Source: Antedon mediterranea
Lineage: Eukaryota > Animalia > Echinodermata
NCBI RefSeq assembly: GCF_964355755.1
Contig: NC_092675.1
Span: 15,782,912 to 15,846,911, forward strand
Direction of reading: 5' to 3'
Length of the DNA: 64,000 nucleotides
This document shows positions 24,801-35,915 of this stretch, piece after piece. Both the position numbers and the translations under genes were made by a program. The notes under the pieces are model-generated. The model did no database searches. It was not told where the DNA came from and saw only the letters and a list, made by a program, of their open reading frames with translations. How positions within the stretch are numbered: the first letter of the stretch is position 1; every line of letters begins with the position of its first letter.

Positions 24801-27800
24801 AGAAGGGGGTGTAAGACCATCCACAGACAAAGAAGGGGGTATAAGACCATCCAGACAAAAAAAGGGGTGTAATGCCATCTACAGACAAAGGGGGTGTAGG
24901 ACCGTCCACAGACAAAGAAGGGGTGTAAGGCCATCCACTGACAAAAAAAGGGGTATAGGACCGTCCACAGTTAAAGAAGGGGGTGTAAGACTATCCACTG
25001 ACAAAGAAAGGGGTATAGGACCACTTACAGACAAAGAAGAGGGTATAAGACCATCTACAGACAAAGAAGAAGGTATAAGACCATCCACAGACAAAGAAGG
25101 GGAGGTAAGACCATCCACAGACAAAAAACGGGGTATAAGACCATCCACAGACAAAGAAGGGGGTATAAGACCATCCACAGACAAAGAAGGGGTGTAAGAC
25201 CATCCACACACAAAGAAAGGGGTGTAAGACCATCCACATACAAAAATGGGGTGTAATACCATCAACGGACAAAAAAGGGGTGTAATACCATCAACAGACA
25301 AAGAAGTGGGTATAAGATCATCCACAGGCATAGAAGGGGGTATAAGACCGTCCACAGAAAAAGAAAAAAATAAAGGGGTGTAAGACCAGTAGGCGTATCC
25401 AGGATTTTGAAGTTGGGGGGGGGGGGGGGCGGGAATTGCCAATTTGCCGACAAAATTGGTGTCATTATCTGTACATACACGACGTCTCTGATCAATATAT
25501 GTTCTAGGATTACATAGTCATATTGTCTTATATGGGATAATGATGCAAAATTAAAACCAAACCAACATTATCTGTTAGTATGTTGTATTCATATTACAAT
25601 AAAGAAAGAATTAGGAAAATCTGATTTGTAGTTTTCGAAATATAGGGTCTAAAACATCGCCGAAAATGATCGTTTTTAGCCACGAAAGAAGTAAACAATT
25701 TGCGGCCTCAGTCAACAATTCTAATAACTACGCCATTTTTGGTTAAAATAATTACATATAATTACGTTTTTTAGTAATTTATTTTATATATCACCATTGG
25801 AAATATCAATAAAACATGTTATTAAATGCTTATAAAATATATAAAGTTGTTTACTTAACGGAATTCGGACAAATTCATTGCTCTAACTTTGTGCAGTGGG
25901 ACAGCCAGTCGACAAATCGTGTCAAATTTCGACTCGGAGAGGGCGCCCTGCTTTTCTAATTTAGTTCAAAATGGCTAAATTTTAGGGTGTTGGAAAAACA
26001 CAATATTTGTAAATTTAGTTGATTATCGGAAAAATGTTGTTAGTGAAATAAATTCATAAATGGTTTTAATATATTGTCATGTAAAATTAAATGTATTTGA
26101 ACAAAACGATAATCTGTAATTTAACGGCAAAATCAACCAATGTCTTTTTTCCGAAATTGAACCCTAGAAAATCATTAAAATAAAATATTTAGAAAAATTG
26201 AACAGTCCTGAATTTAAAATCCCTGTTAGAAAAATTAATAATCTACAGAATACGATATTAAGATACAAAATTCGGTGGTTGGGATGCAGCTCCGACTATT
26301 CTAACTAAAGGTACCACTATTTGTTCCATCGAAAACTAGCGAAACCGCCATTTTGTAAACACATCGTCATCGTGTTTATGAATTTATTTATAGCGAACGA
26401 TATACGCGATGTTTATAATTGTCCGCGTATAAGAATTCATATAAATAAATACATTCCAATACAACGTATATTATTACTTGTTTGTTTATCACAGTAAACA
26501 TTTTAGTTGAGGAATATTTATCATAACTATTATAATAGCTTTTATACGAGTCCGAGGCCTAGCCCTATTAGCGAGCGATTGTTCCAGGGGTGGAAAGTCA
26601 CTTAGTGACGTTGTGATCGGGCGCGTCGGGCCTAGCTAATATTAATAATATGACCTGAAATAAGCGGCTAACAAGAACTGTTATATACTTGCTTACAATT
26701 GTTTTGTTATTGATGAACAAACAAGCAATTAGATTGAATAACAAATTATTTATTCATTTTTTTTGGGGTAAAAACATGTACAAAGTAGGCCTACGGGCCT
26801 AGTACTGTATAATATAAATTAATAGTAATATTAAACTAATACAGTATTAATAAAATATAAAATAGGCCTAACATACAATAAATATTCAATTTTTAAGGTC
26901 TACCACATGACAATAACATAATTTACAGAGTATAGTGTAGTAGGTTTGCATTCAACATAAATATTTGTATTGTAATTCATCTAAATCCTCTGCAACATAC
27001 ATATATATTTGTAATTCAACATTTTGTTTTAAATAATTAAATTATAGTTTGGGTATGACAATGTCGGTAGGTACCGGTGTCATCTTTTTATCCACTTCAC
27101 TCTTGAAGTCACAAAGACAAAGAACTCTGCATCATCAACGATTCCTGAAAGTGTCAGAAAAAATAATAAATATTATTTTAAAAAAATGTTAATGTCTGGT
27201 TGTATATATAATTATAATATTATATGATGACATAAAAGTAAGGCAAATGGAAGCTGTATTTTATTAATTAAATTACAGTATTTACTATTATTATTTATAT
27301 AATCTAGGCCTACTAGTAGCCTAGCTAGGCATCTATTGAGCCTAATAAATCAAATAATAAATGAAAAATAAAATAATAATATTAATACTGATTGAAAAAA
27401 AGTATTTTTTGGGGGGGATCAGATCACCAGGCTAGGCCGGCCAGGACCAATGATACTCGTAATCAGTACAACTTAACGACTATCGGATCAGCATCAACAC
27501 AGTACCAACACACTTCTCGCTATCGCCTATACTGACACACGTGTCTCGCGTTGCCGAAACCACGCTCACAGCTAGAAAATGTACCTACCTTTCGAGGCCT
27601 GAGAATACACCAACACATTTTGAACAGGATAGAAATATATCATACTCGATTAAACTAATATTATTCTTGATAAAACAATTGATTACAATTTTTTTAATTT
27701 GTTGGGATGCACCTCCGACTATTCAGAAAATGGACAACAAAACAGTAATCAAATGTATTGTATTAGCTTCGGTTTCTTTGAAGAAAACCGATTGGTTATT

Positions 27801-30800
27801 CAATTATACTTATTAGGAAATGCTTTTACCATAATAGGTAATGTTGGGCGGTTCTTAAATATTCATGAGAGCTTAAAATAAAACAGCACTTATTTGCTAG
27901 GCGACGAAAAATCGTGGTTTCAGTTTTCAACGATAGGTGGCGCTTCAAAATCGTCAATGCGGAAGTAAGTCGATTTTACACGATTTAACGGTCAAAACGC
28001 GAAGTGGCTTTCCCACCAAAGATCGTATAGCGCCACGTAGTGGCGCAAGATATGGAACTGACGCTCGAAAAATGATAATTCCATGGGCAGCCATTCCGGC
28101 AAGCGGATTACCCAGTAGGCAATGCGACACGCCACCAAATCAATGTAAACAAATAGGATTTACATCTACGCGATAAACAGTACGACTTTATTTTATCTTT
28201 CGCGTCAAAATGAAAGAACATCTAGGCTAGGCCTATATAAAATTCGATTATATAAATTTACTCCATTTGATATTACAATTACATATGCGTATATCACTGT
28301 CCAACCTCAAACGGCTACAGAATAAACACTGACTGTATGGAGGACGAATTTTGTAGGCAGTCGGTTGAGGCATAGTTATAAATAGTGTCGCGGGGCGCAG
28401 CGCGATGCTACGCACTTCACGCCCAAGGTCGGCCGCGTTTGGCCTAGGCTGGGATGATGGCTTAGTTTTATGTGCGAGAGAAGCATATTTTGGAGATGAA
28501 TTGTAATAATTGCTAAATATATTGTCCAAAACTGTTTTTTTAATTTAAAAAAAAAAATTAATGGGGCAGGGGGATGTTCTTTCCCCTGTTCGCACCCTCT
28601 CTTTCTATTTTGTGTGCTTCAGGCCTACAAAGTTATTTCATTGCAAGGGGAATTTTACTACGATCTGCCACAACTGTAGTATACTGTACATAAATTACTA
28701 GATACAAAAACAATTGTTACATTTTTTTAATTTCAAAAAAGTAAAAGTATTAAATATTAATTTTAAAAATTCATAATCATAATTTGTTCTTTTCAACCCA
28801 CTTTTATTAGCTCAACTTTCAATATTACAGACAGGATTAAAATGCAATAAAAATACTGAAAAATCTCACTTTATACAATATTAATAAATAATGATGGAAT
28901 AATTAAATACACTCAATAAATAAATTACGGATGTATGGTTTTAGCCTTCTTAAATACAAGGAAAATTCTATTATTTGGATTTCTTGTATTACAAAAGAAG
29001 CCAATAGGCCTAAACAACAGTACTGATAATAACTTAATTCTGGTTATTTCCTTTCACTTTAAAGTATGAGGTGTGTGAAAATAGTGAGTTTATTTGTAAT
29101 CCCATAGGATACTGCTCCTTTTCAAGAATCAAAAATATAAACTTTTATTACTATTATTACTATTGGCCTTTGTATTTAATTCTTGTGTAAAATACCACTT
29201 TGCACTCAATCATCTATCTTCTCAATTTTACAGTATGATGACAGACATCTTTCTGAAATAGGGAAAAATATATCATTAAATTATTTGGTCACTTTTCGAA
29301 CTGTTACATAATCATTTGATTACTTATGTTATTATAGTATTTTAAAATACTATACATTTTTAAATTCAAAACAAAAGTCAATAGCCTACTATTTATTAAT
29401 ATTGTAAGTATTCAAAAATGTTTACATTAATTAACTAAATATTTTTCAAATAAAGATGAAGAACAAAATAAATATGAGGATCAAATTTATAATTTAAATT
29501 TATTAAATAAAAAAAAACAAACAATAACATCCTCACGATTTTTTATTTCATTACATTTAATTATTTCTGTTAATGTTATTATTAATAAAACGCTATATTG
29601 TCTTGTACATTTTTATTAAAAACTCCTAATTCCCGAACAGCTTCAGTTTTTTTTCTTAATCTTCCATCCATCCAAGCCTTGTTTGATCCATCTATCAAGA
29701 CGCCAATCAATATCATTCATCCTCCCAGACTTTTTTTTTATTAATCATACTAACTAAACTAGGCCTAGTATTAGGCATTAAATATGCCTAGGCCTACTAC
29801 TATCTAGGCCCTAGATCGGATTGCGCAGAAACGCCTGCCTGAACTAAATTTAAACAACAATTTAATAATTTTGTTAATGTTTACTAACAAAAAAATATAT
29901 ATTCTAAAAACTTACCACTACAATTTACCCAATACAACACGAGAAAACTTCCCGAACAAACAATAACACGTCACACGTGGATGTGGTTCAATGGTTTATT
30001 ATACACTTCCGGGGTATGTGATCGCGTAACTTGCTTGCCGGAATGGCTGCCCATGGAATTTCACTCATGCGCAGTGTATAAGAGATAGGACTTCCCTATC
30101 TTGCGCCACTTCGTGGCGCTATAGTATCTTTGTTTCCCACTGTGTGTAGTAACGATCAGAGAGATTCATGGTACACACGCGCGAGAGAAAACATTCCGCT
30201 GCGGGTGATTCGCATCCACCAATCAAATCAGCTAGAATCCTAAATCATTCAACCGTGAGCAATGCCAATCGCGAGAAAGCTCAGCTTTGATTGGCTTACG
30301 ATGACATCATATCACAAAATGGTGGTTTTGTAGTTCACATCCACGTCAACTAGTGATAATGGGAAATTAAGTGTTCCGAGAGCCTTTTTAATTTAAAAGT
30401 TAGCCAGAGCCTTTTTCGATAGGCTATAAATAGAAAGTTACCGAACATTTCGAGCGACGCGAGTTCCGACTTCCGTATTTTATAGGCTGTCTAAATTTCC
30501 TTTTTAACTCGTTTATATTAAATTATATTGCTGTTTAATTGATTTCTGTGTATTAGGAATATTTATATTCAACAAAAACCACAACAGTACCAATTTTTGT
30601 TGATTATGGATTCATTTATTCGAATTCTAAGATAAACGTCTAAGCCAAGTGTAAGCGTAAACAAAGCGAGTCATACGACGAAAACAAGAAAGTGAAAACT
30701 AACTAGTTTGTTAAAATAGTTAACATTAATTTGGAATTTTTAAATGAAATTCTGAAAACGGTATAATATAGTCTTATATGTATTTTCTAAGATTTCCAAA

Positions 30801-33800
30801 AATAAGCTTGGTGTTATTTTTCAAACAAATTCTATAAGGAGTTGAATATAGGTCTGTTTTAAGCGAAAGCACGGTGCGCGTAGGCCTAGGGAGACGCGGC
30901 AGGGCTGGAATAATCGTTTTCTTAGGCGAAGAGAATGAGGAAAGATGCGCTTCATCATTGGCCCCTCGATTGTTATTCTTGTTAAGTGGCTGATTCATAA
31001 TCTTAAAATATGAGGGCAAAGGGCTTATAAATTTTGAAATAAAGTGTTGAACTTTCATTTTTCTTAAAATTATTAAGAAGTGGGTGGGGGGACTTTTTTA
31101 TGGTATATGTGCTTTTTCTTTAAAAAATTTTGAATAATAAAGGCCTCATATCGAGAAAAAAAACCAGGTTTTTGGCACTTATAATAAATATATCTTAGAC
31201 AAAAAAGCACATGGCATGTGGAACTATAATCTCTTAGCGTAGGAAGACATACAAATCCCAGGTCATGAGAGGCTCAACTGCATGTAATGCAAAAACAAGG
31301 TTTTAGGGTAAGGTCAAAGACTTTTGAGTAAACAATCTACCGCGTACGGCCGTACGTACGTGCTACACATTTTTTACGTCTTTCGTTAGATGTAATGAAA
31401 ATAAAAAATAGTTGATCTGAAGGGATCAATGATGATATGATATGTAAATAAACAAACACTCAACAGAATTATGTTTACAGTTCAATTATTGTCAGAATAA
31501 ATAGTTTATTTTTTCCCCCGGCACCTTTGTTTGCCGACGGCCGCGATGATGTGCCGACGGAAACGAAATCAGGGGGACCCGGGCCCCCCGGCCCCCTACT
31601 GGATACGCCACTGTGTAAGACCATCCACAGACAAAGAAGGGGGTGTAGGACCGTCCACAGACAAAGAAGGGGGTGTAAGACCATCCACTGACAAAGAAAG
31701 GGGTATAGGACCACTTACAGACAAAGAAGGGCTATAAGACCATCCACAGACAAAAAAAGGGGTATAAGACCATCCACAGACAAAGAAGGAGTGTAAGACC
31801 ATCCACACACAAAGAAAGGGGTGTAAGACCATCCACATACAAAAAAGGGGTGTAATACCATCAACGGACAAAGAAGGGGTGTAATACCATCAACAGACAA
31901 AGAAGTGGGTATAATATAAGATCATCCACAGGCACAGAAGGGGGTATAAGACCGTCCATAGAAAAAGAAAGGGGTGTAAGACCATCCACAGACAAAGAAG
32001 GGGGTGTAGGACCGTCCACAGACAAAGAAGGGGGTGTAAGACCATCCACTGACAAAGAAAGGGGTATAGGACCACTTACAGACAAAGAAGGGCTATAAGA
32101 CCATCCACAGACAAAAAAAGGGGGTATAAGACCATCCACAGACAAAGAAGTGGGTATAAGACCATCCACAGACAAAGAATGGGGTATAAGACCATCTACA
32201 GACAAAGAAGGAGGGTTAGGACCATATTAACCGAGGAAGCATACAAAATAAGATGCAATCAAAATAGGCCTACCACTTGGAAAACAATAAATTGTAGAAT
32301 AACTGAGGCTTAATTGTTGAAATATAAAGGGTTCTTTGTAAGGTCTTTAATAATATATTGATATAAACACGATCATCATACTATTCATTTGACATGTCAA
32401 ATACAGTCTCTATCTCGAAAAGAAGCTCATACTATCACCTTTTCGTGGTTTTACGGTATTCCATAACATGTATATTATTTCCTCTGTCAAACTATGAAAA
32501 CTTTTAGCGAATCAGAAGGTGCCAACATCATTGAATTAATGGTACCACCAAACACAATGTTTACTAATTTTATGTACTATATACAATTTAAGTCCATTAA
32601 TCATTTAATATAATTACGCCTATCAGGTCAACGTTCAAAATTAGGTACATTTAAGACCAACAAAACCACATACAGTTTATTCACATAATTAAAAATCAAT
32701 AAATTAATGTCAAAGGTCATAAATTGTATTTCCGGTAATTTTATGTGAAAATGTTTCATTACTACAAATATAAATGTATTTATTCTGAACAAAATGACAC
32801 CAAAATCGATTGAAAATGACCAGTAGTTACAGAGATATAAAAATACGAGGTCAAAGGTCAAACTGTAAGAAACTTCATTTTCGGTCATTTTTTGACGAAA
32901 CTTTTCATTAGAGCAAATAGAAATATATAGTTTGTGAACAATTTGAGACCAGAATTAAGTCTCTAATGTGTATAGTTGCCAAGATATGAACATTTTTTGT
33001 TTTTATGGTGGCCATTTTGAAATCAAGATGGCCGCCATACCGGACGTTGGACACTTGGCACCCTCCGATATTTTGAATCTATATACATTAAAGAGACTTT
33101 TTGCCAAGTTTCATGCTTTGGTAATAAAATGCACAGCTCATGTCATTAACTGCTCTACTAATACTGGCCATAAAAAGGTACGCATACTGGCCAAACCTAC
33201 CCAACCCGTATCTAATTATACAAAACGGCACCCGTGTACTGCGGCACCTTTTACTTGTAAAAAGTAAATTAAGCAATATAAAAGAACATTATATCTTTTT
33301 AGATTTGGATTGATGCATGTCATGATTACAAATTTCAAAGATATTACAACGAGTATAATTATTAAGAGCTGTGACATAGGATTTCAAACTAGTGATTACC
33401 GTAAGCTCAAAACTGCTATTTATAATACAATCGTTACATAACACTGTAGGTTACTTCGATGCGACTTTGAAACCGCGTAAACTTTCCAATTCTTCTTAGT
33501 TATTGCATGCAAGGTGAGTTTCTCTCTTTTGTATGGTTGCTGTACAATCGTCGTATTTCACAGGGACTAAAATAAAAAAAAACACCAGAATATTGTAACG
33601 TATAGCAATTCGGACAAGGATCCCAGTTCTACAACACTTTTTTATTATTATTTTATTAACGTAGGCTAAGCAGATCTTTATCACGATCGTTTTTTCCTTA
33701 TTGTTACTTCCGGCGGAGGCCGCAACTCTAACTTGCTCTTGTTTCTTTATATGTTCTTTGTTTAAGGTAATACGTCGCTGGCAGTAAGATGGAAGTCAAT

Positions 33801-34617
33801 TGAGCCTTATCTAGAAGTATGTAGAATACAGTACTACTTTATAGCTACTGCCATGCTGGCCATTATGTGGCATAGTATTGGAAAAGAACAGTTACTTCGA
33901 CAAGTTAGGACAAAGGACAATAATGTTAATTATTCAACTTGGAATACGAGCATTGCTGTTGTTCTGGGGTTTGGTGTCATAATATTAACAATTGCTTCTA
34001 TCTTTATATCGTCGGGAACTGATATCCAGAATTATTATTATTGGATCAGAATTATATTGAATATCATAACATTGTTTTCAGTCACCGTGCTGTTTGTCGT
34101 CTCTAGACGTCGCTATGGAGTTTTTCAACAGTATACTTTCCCATTTCAACTGGATGAACTCATAATCGAGCTTTGCCTTGTGTTTTTGATTTTGCAAGAG
34201 ATGTACTCAGTTCTCAGTGTGATTGTAGAGATATGGTGCTCCAATATGCAGTATATAGCATTGACAGTCTGCGATCGGATCTTCACCGACGCCAAAGTGG
34301 TTATACAAAGCTTACTAATAGTTCAGAGCTTACGATTTAAAGTAACTGTTCCAACTGCCCACTGGTACAAATCCATGTTGCTTTTCCTGTCGATGTCCAA
34401 CCTAGCCTGGTGGATCATCACAATGACGGAACTGAAGAACGACCAACATATCTACGGGATACAGAAACAGTTTTATGGCAAAAATGCATATGACCTGATT
34501 CATGGTATCACAGGCCCATTCGTTGTGTTCTATTACTACCAATCGAGTGTTTGCTTCTTTGAAATGTGGATGACAAATAACCGTCGGATAATTACTGTAA
34601 AAGTATCAACCGATTAA
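15893..34617 (+). CDS. Otopetrin-family protein, paralog B (487 aa) with a 15.4-kb third intron
   Basis: Exons 15893-15969, 16657-16913, 17683-17863, 33303-33400, 33767-34617 give 1464 nt in frame, with the same intron phases (2,1,2,1) as paralog A. Motifs: RFGLMHVMITN, PYLEVCRIQYYFIATAMLAIMWHSIG, SNLAWW, FYG, PFVVFYYYQSSVCFFEMW. Confidence 0.9.
18411..21645. mobile_element. Element C: hAT-like non-autonomous element with 5-bp TSD
   Basis: TIR ctggggcggatccag / ctggatccgccccag, TSD taaat (18406-18410, 21646-21650). The internal sequence is homologous to element F in opposite orientation. Confidence 0.75.
19531..21147. mobile_element. Element D: Kolobok-like non-autonomous element (TTAA TSD)
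   Basis: TIR aggggggttccgggtttaaaat / ttttaaacccagaatccccct with TTAA on both sides. The single-TTAA empty site is preserved in element F at ~25823. Confidence 0.8.
24675..25386 (+). repeat. 30-bp minisatellite, left part
   Basis: Unit acagacaaagaagggggtgtaagaccatcc, about 24 degenerate head-to-tail copies. Confidence 0.95.
25894..30142. mobile_element. Element G: TIR element with apparent 4-bp TSD, nested in F
   Basis: Termini cagtggga / tcccactg flanked by tgtg. The homologous position in element C (~19440-19460) is uninterrupted. Confidence 0.65.
28017..30132. mobile_element. Element H: P-like non-autonomous element inserted in the right terminus of G
   Basis: TIR caaagatcgtatagcgccacgtagtggcgcaagata / tatcttgcgccacttcgtggcgctatagtatctttg, exact 8-bp TSD tttcccac (28009-28016, 30133-30140), and subterminal inverted motif ccatgggcagccattccggcaagc. 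Confidence 0.8.
31614..32225 (+). repeat. 30-bp minisatellite, right part
   Basis: Same unit as 24675-25386, about 20 copies, resuming in register after the TSD of element F. Confidence 0.95.
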
Positions 34618-34808
34618 AATAATTACTTTGGAACGCATTACACATATACACGCGTGGTAGGCTACATAATTCAATACATTAGTATAGTCAGGTATAGAAA
34701 ACTTTACCAAACCATTTTTCATAAACTCCGAGTTTGAACAAAACAAAAATGTTCTTAAAACTAGTCTCTGTTACTGAAGTTTTTGCTCACCAGAATCACA
34801 GTACAAAG

Positions 34809-35900
34809 ACTTTGATTTGATTCACAATCTCAAGTTGACAAACTAGTTTTTAGTCGCGTGGAAGCGACTCTATAGTTCACTATGTCGGTCGGTCGGTCTG
34901 TCTGTCTGTCTGTCGGTCTGTCTGTCGGTCTGTCGGTCTGTCTGTCTGTCTGTCTGTCGGTCCGGTATCACTATGCGTTTTATCGCTTTATGACCTTATC
35001 TTGATATCAGTTTAATCTAGCTAAGTCAATTTTTCACAGAATATTCCTTATGGCCAGGAATCGATGTGGTTATGTTTTCACGGTGCGCAATAAAAAATTA
35101 CGCGGTCTACGCACGATTTAACGAAATCACGTTTGTAATCATATCTTAACAACCATGAATCACAATTAAATAAAATTTGGTACTCATAAATTTCAGGGCA
35201 TAAATCATCATATTATGGCAATACAATTACGTGCGTAGCGCATGTAACGCATGCGTACGCGCGCTTAAAATTTACAAAATTTATTTTCGATGAAATAAGA
35301 GTACGTTTCAGGCAATTTTAAGCGTTTACAAAATTGCCATGAGTGCGCAGATTTTTGCGCGCGCACTGCGCGTTAAATGTTATTGCGCACGCTTTTTACC
35401 CGATTTCTGTTTTTTTGACTTACTTTTCAACTTGAAATTACGTTATACGAGCACGTCAAAAGTGACAGGCTACGCACGTGTAAATTAAAAAAATATAAAT
35501 GTTTTTAAACATTTCAACATTTTTAAACATGTTCAGTAATTTCGGTCAGTATAGTTCACTATGTCGGTCGGTCCGTCTGTCTGTTTGTCTGTCGGTCCGG
35601 TATCACTATGCATTGTAGCACGCGACTTAATGGCTGTTGGTCTTGTTCTTAGTACACTCTACCAAACTTTAGTTTGGCAAGAAAAGTTCTCCTAAGTTTG
35701 TTTGTGTAGACCAGTTGAAAAACTAATTTGCAGAAGTTAGGTAGTGAACCTTCTTCTTTGATTTGATTCACAATCTCAAGTTGACAAACTAGTTTTTCTT
35801 AGTACACTACCAAACTTTAGTTTGGCAAGAAAAGTTCTCCTAAGTTTGTGTAGACAAGTTGAAAAACTAATTTGCAGAAGTTAGGTAGTGAACCTTCTTA
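34809..35900 (+). repeat. ~145-bp tandem duplication (first copy interrupted by the HINE)
   Basis: ctttgatttgattcacaatctcaagttgacaaactag...gtagtgaaccttctt occurs at 34809(+35646-35755) and again at 35756-35899. Confidence 0.8.
34852..35645 (+). mobile_element. Helentron-associated (HINE/DINE-like) non-autonomous element
   Basis: Inserted in a T run. Subterminal IR agtcgcgtg / cacgcgact, (GTCT)n microsatellite at 34884-34965, short 3' hairpin. The empty site aactagtttttcttagtacact is present in the adjacent duplicate at ~35788. Confidence 0.75.
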
Positions 35901-35915
35901 ACAAACTAGTTTGCC

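Larger units (their letters stand above)
25387..31613. mobile_element. Element F: hAT-like element inserted into the minisatellite
   Basis: Termini cagtaggcgtatccag / ctggatacgccactg with an exact 8-bp TSD tgtaagac (25379-25386, 31614-31621). Confidence 0.85.
23418..33160. mobile_element. Element E: Academ-like element with ~520-bp TIRs and a coding remnant
   Basis: Termini tagtagagcagttaa / ttaactgctctacta; 23418-23945 pairs with 32630-33160. The minus-strand remnant at 24180-24420 (NKIKLSEFL..CNIKEANERMLL) resembles the XPG-like EEAD motif region. Confidence 0.75.
18030..33207. mobile_element. Element A: small palindromic MITE split by ~15 kb of nested insertions
   Basis: 45-bp perfect inverted arms at 18030-18074 and 33163-33207 (gggttgggtaggtttggccagtatgcgtacctttttatggccagt). 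Weaker symmetry extends ~25 bp further out. Confidence 0.7.

Noticed and set aside
24594-25495. Many overlapping ORFs and a CRISPR-like look of the 30-bp repeat (also 31475-32205)
   Set aside because: Units are head-to-tail with no unique spacers and no cas genes, in a eukaryotic intron. The ORFs are artefacts of the repeat.
27070-29255. Exon-like minus-strand segments inside elements G and H
   Set aside because: Splice-like boundaries but stops in candidate frames and no recognisable transposase or THAP motif.
30138-30144. RSS-like heptamer (CACAGTG on the minus strand) at the end of element G, suggesting a Transib/RAG transposon
   Set aside because: The left end begins CAGTG rather than CACAGTG, the empty site is best explained by a TGTG duplication, and there is no 5-bp TSD, convincing nonamer or RAG-like coding sequence.
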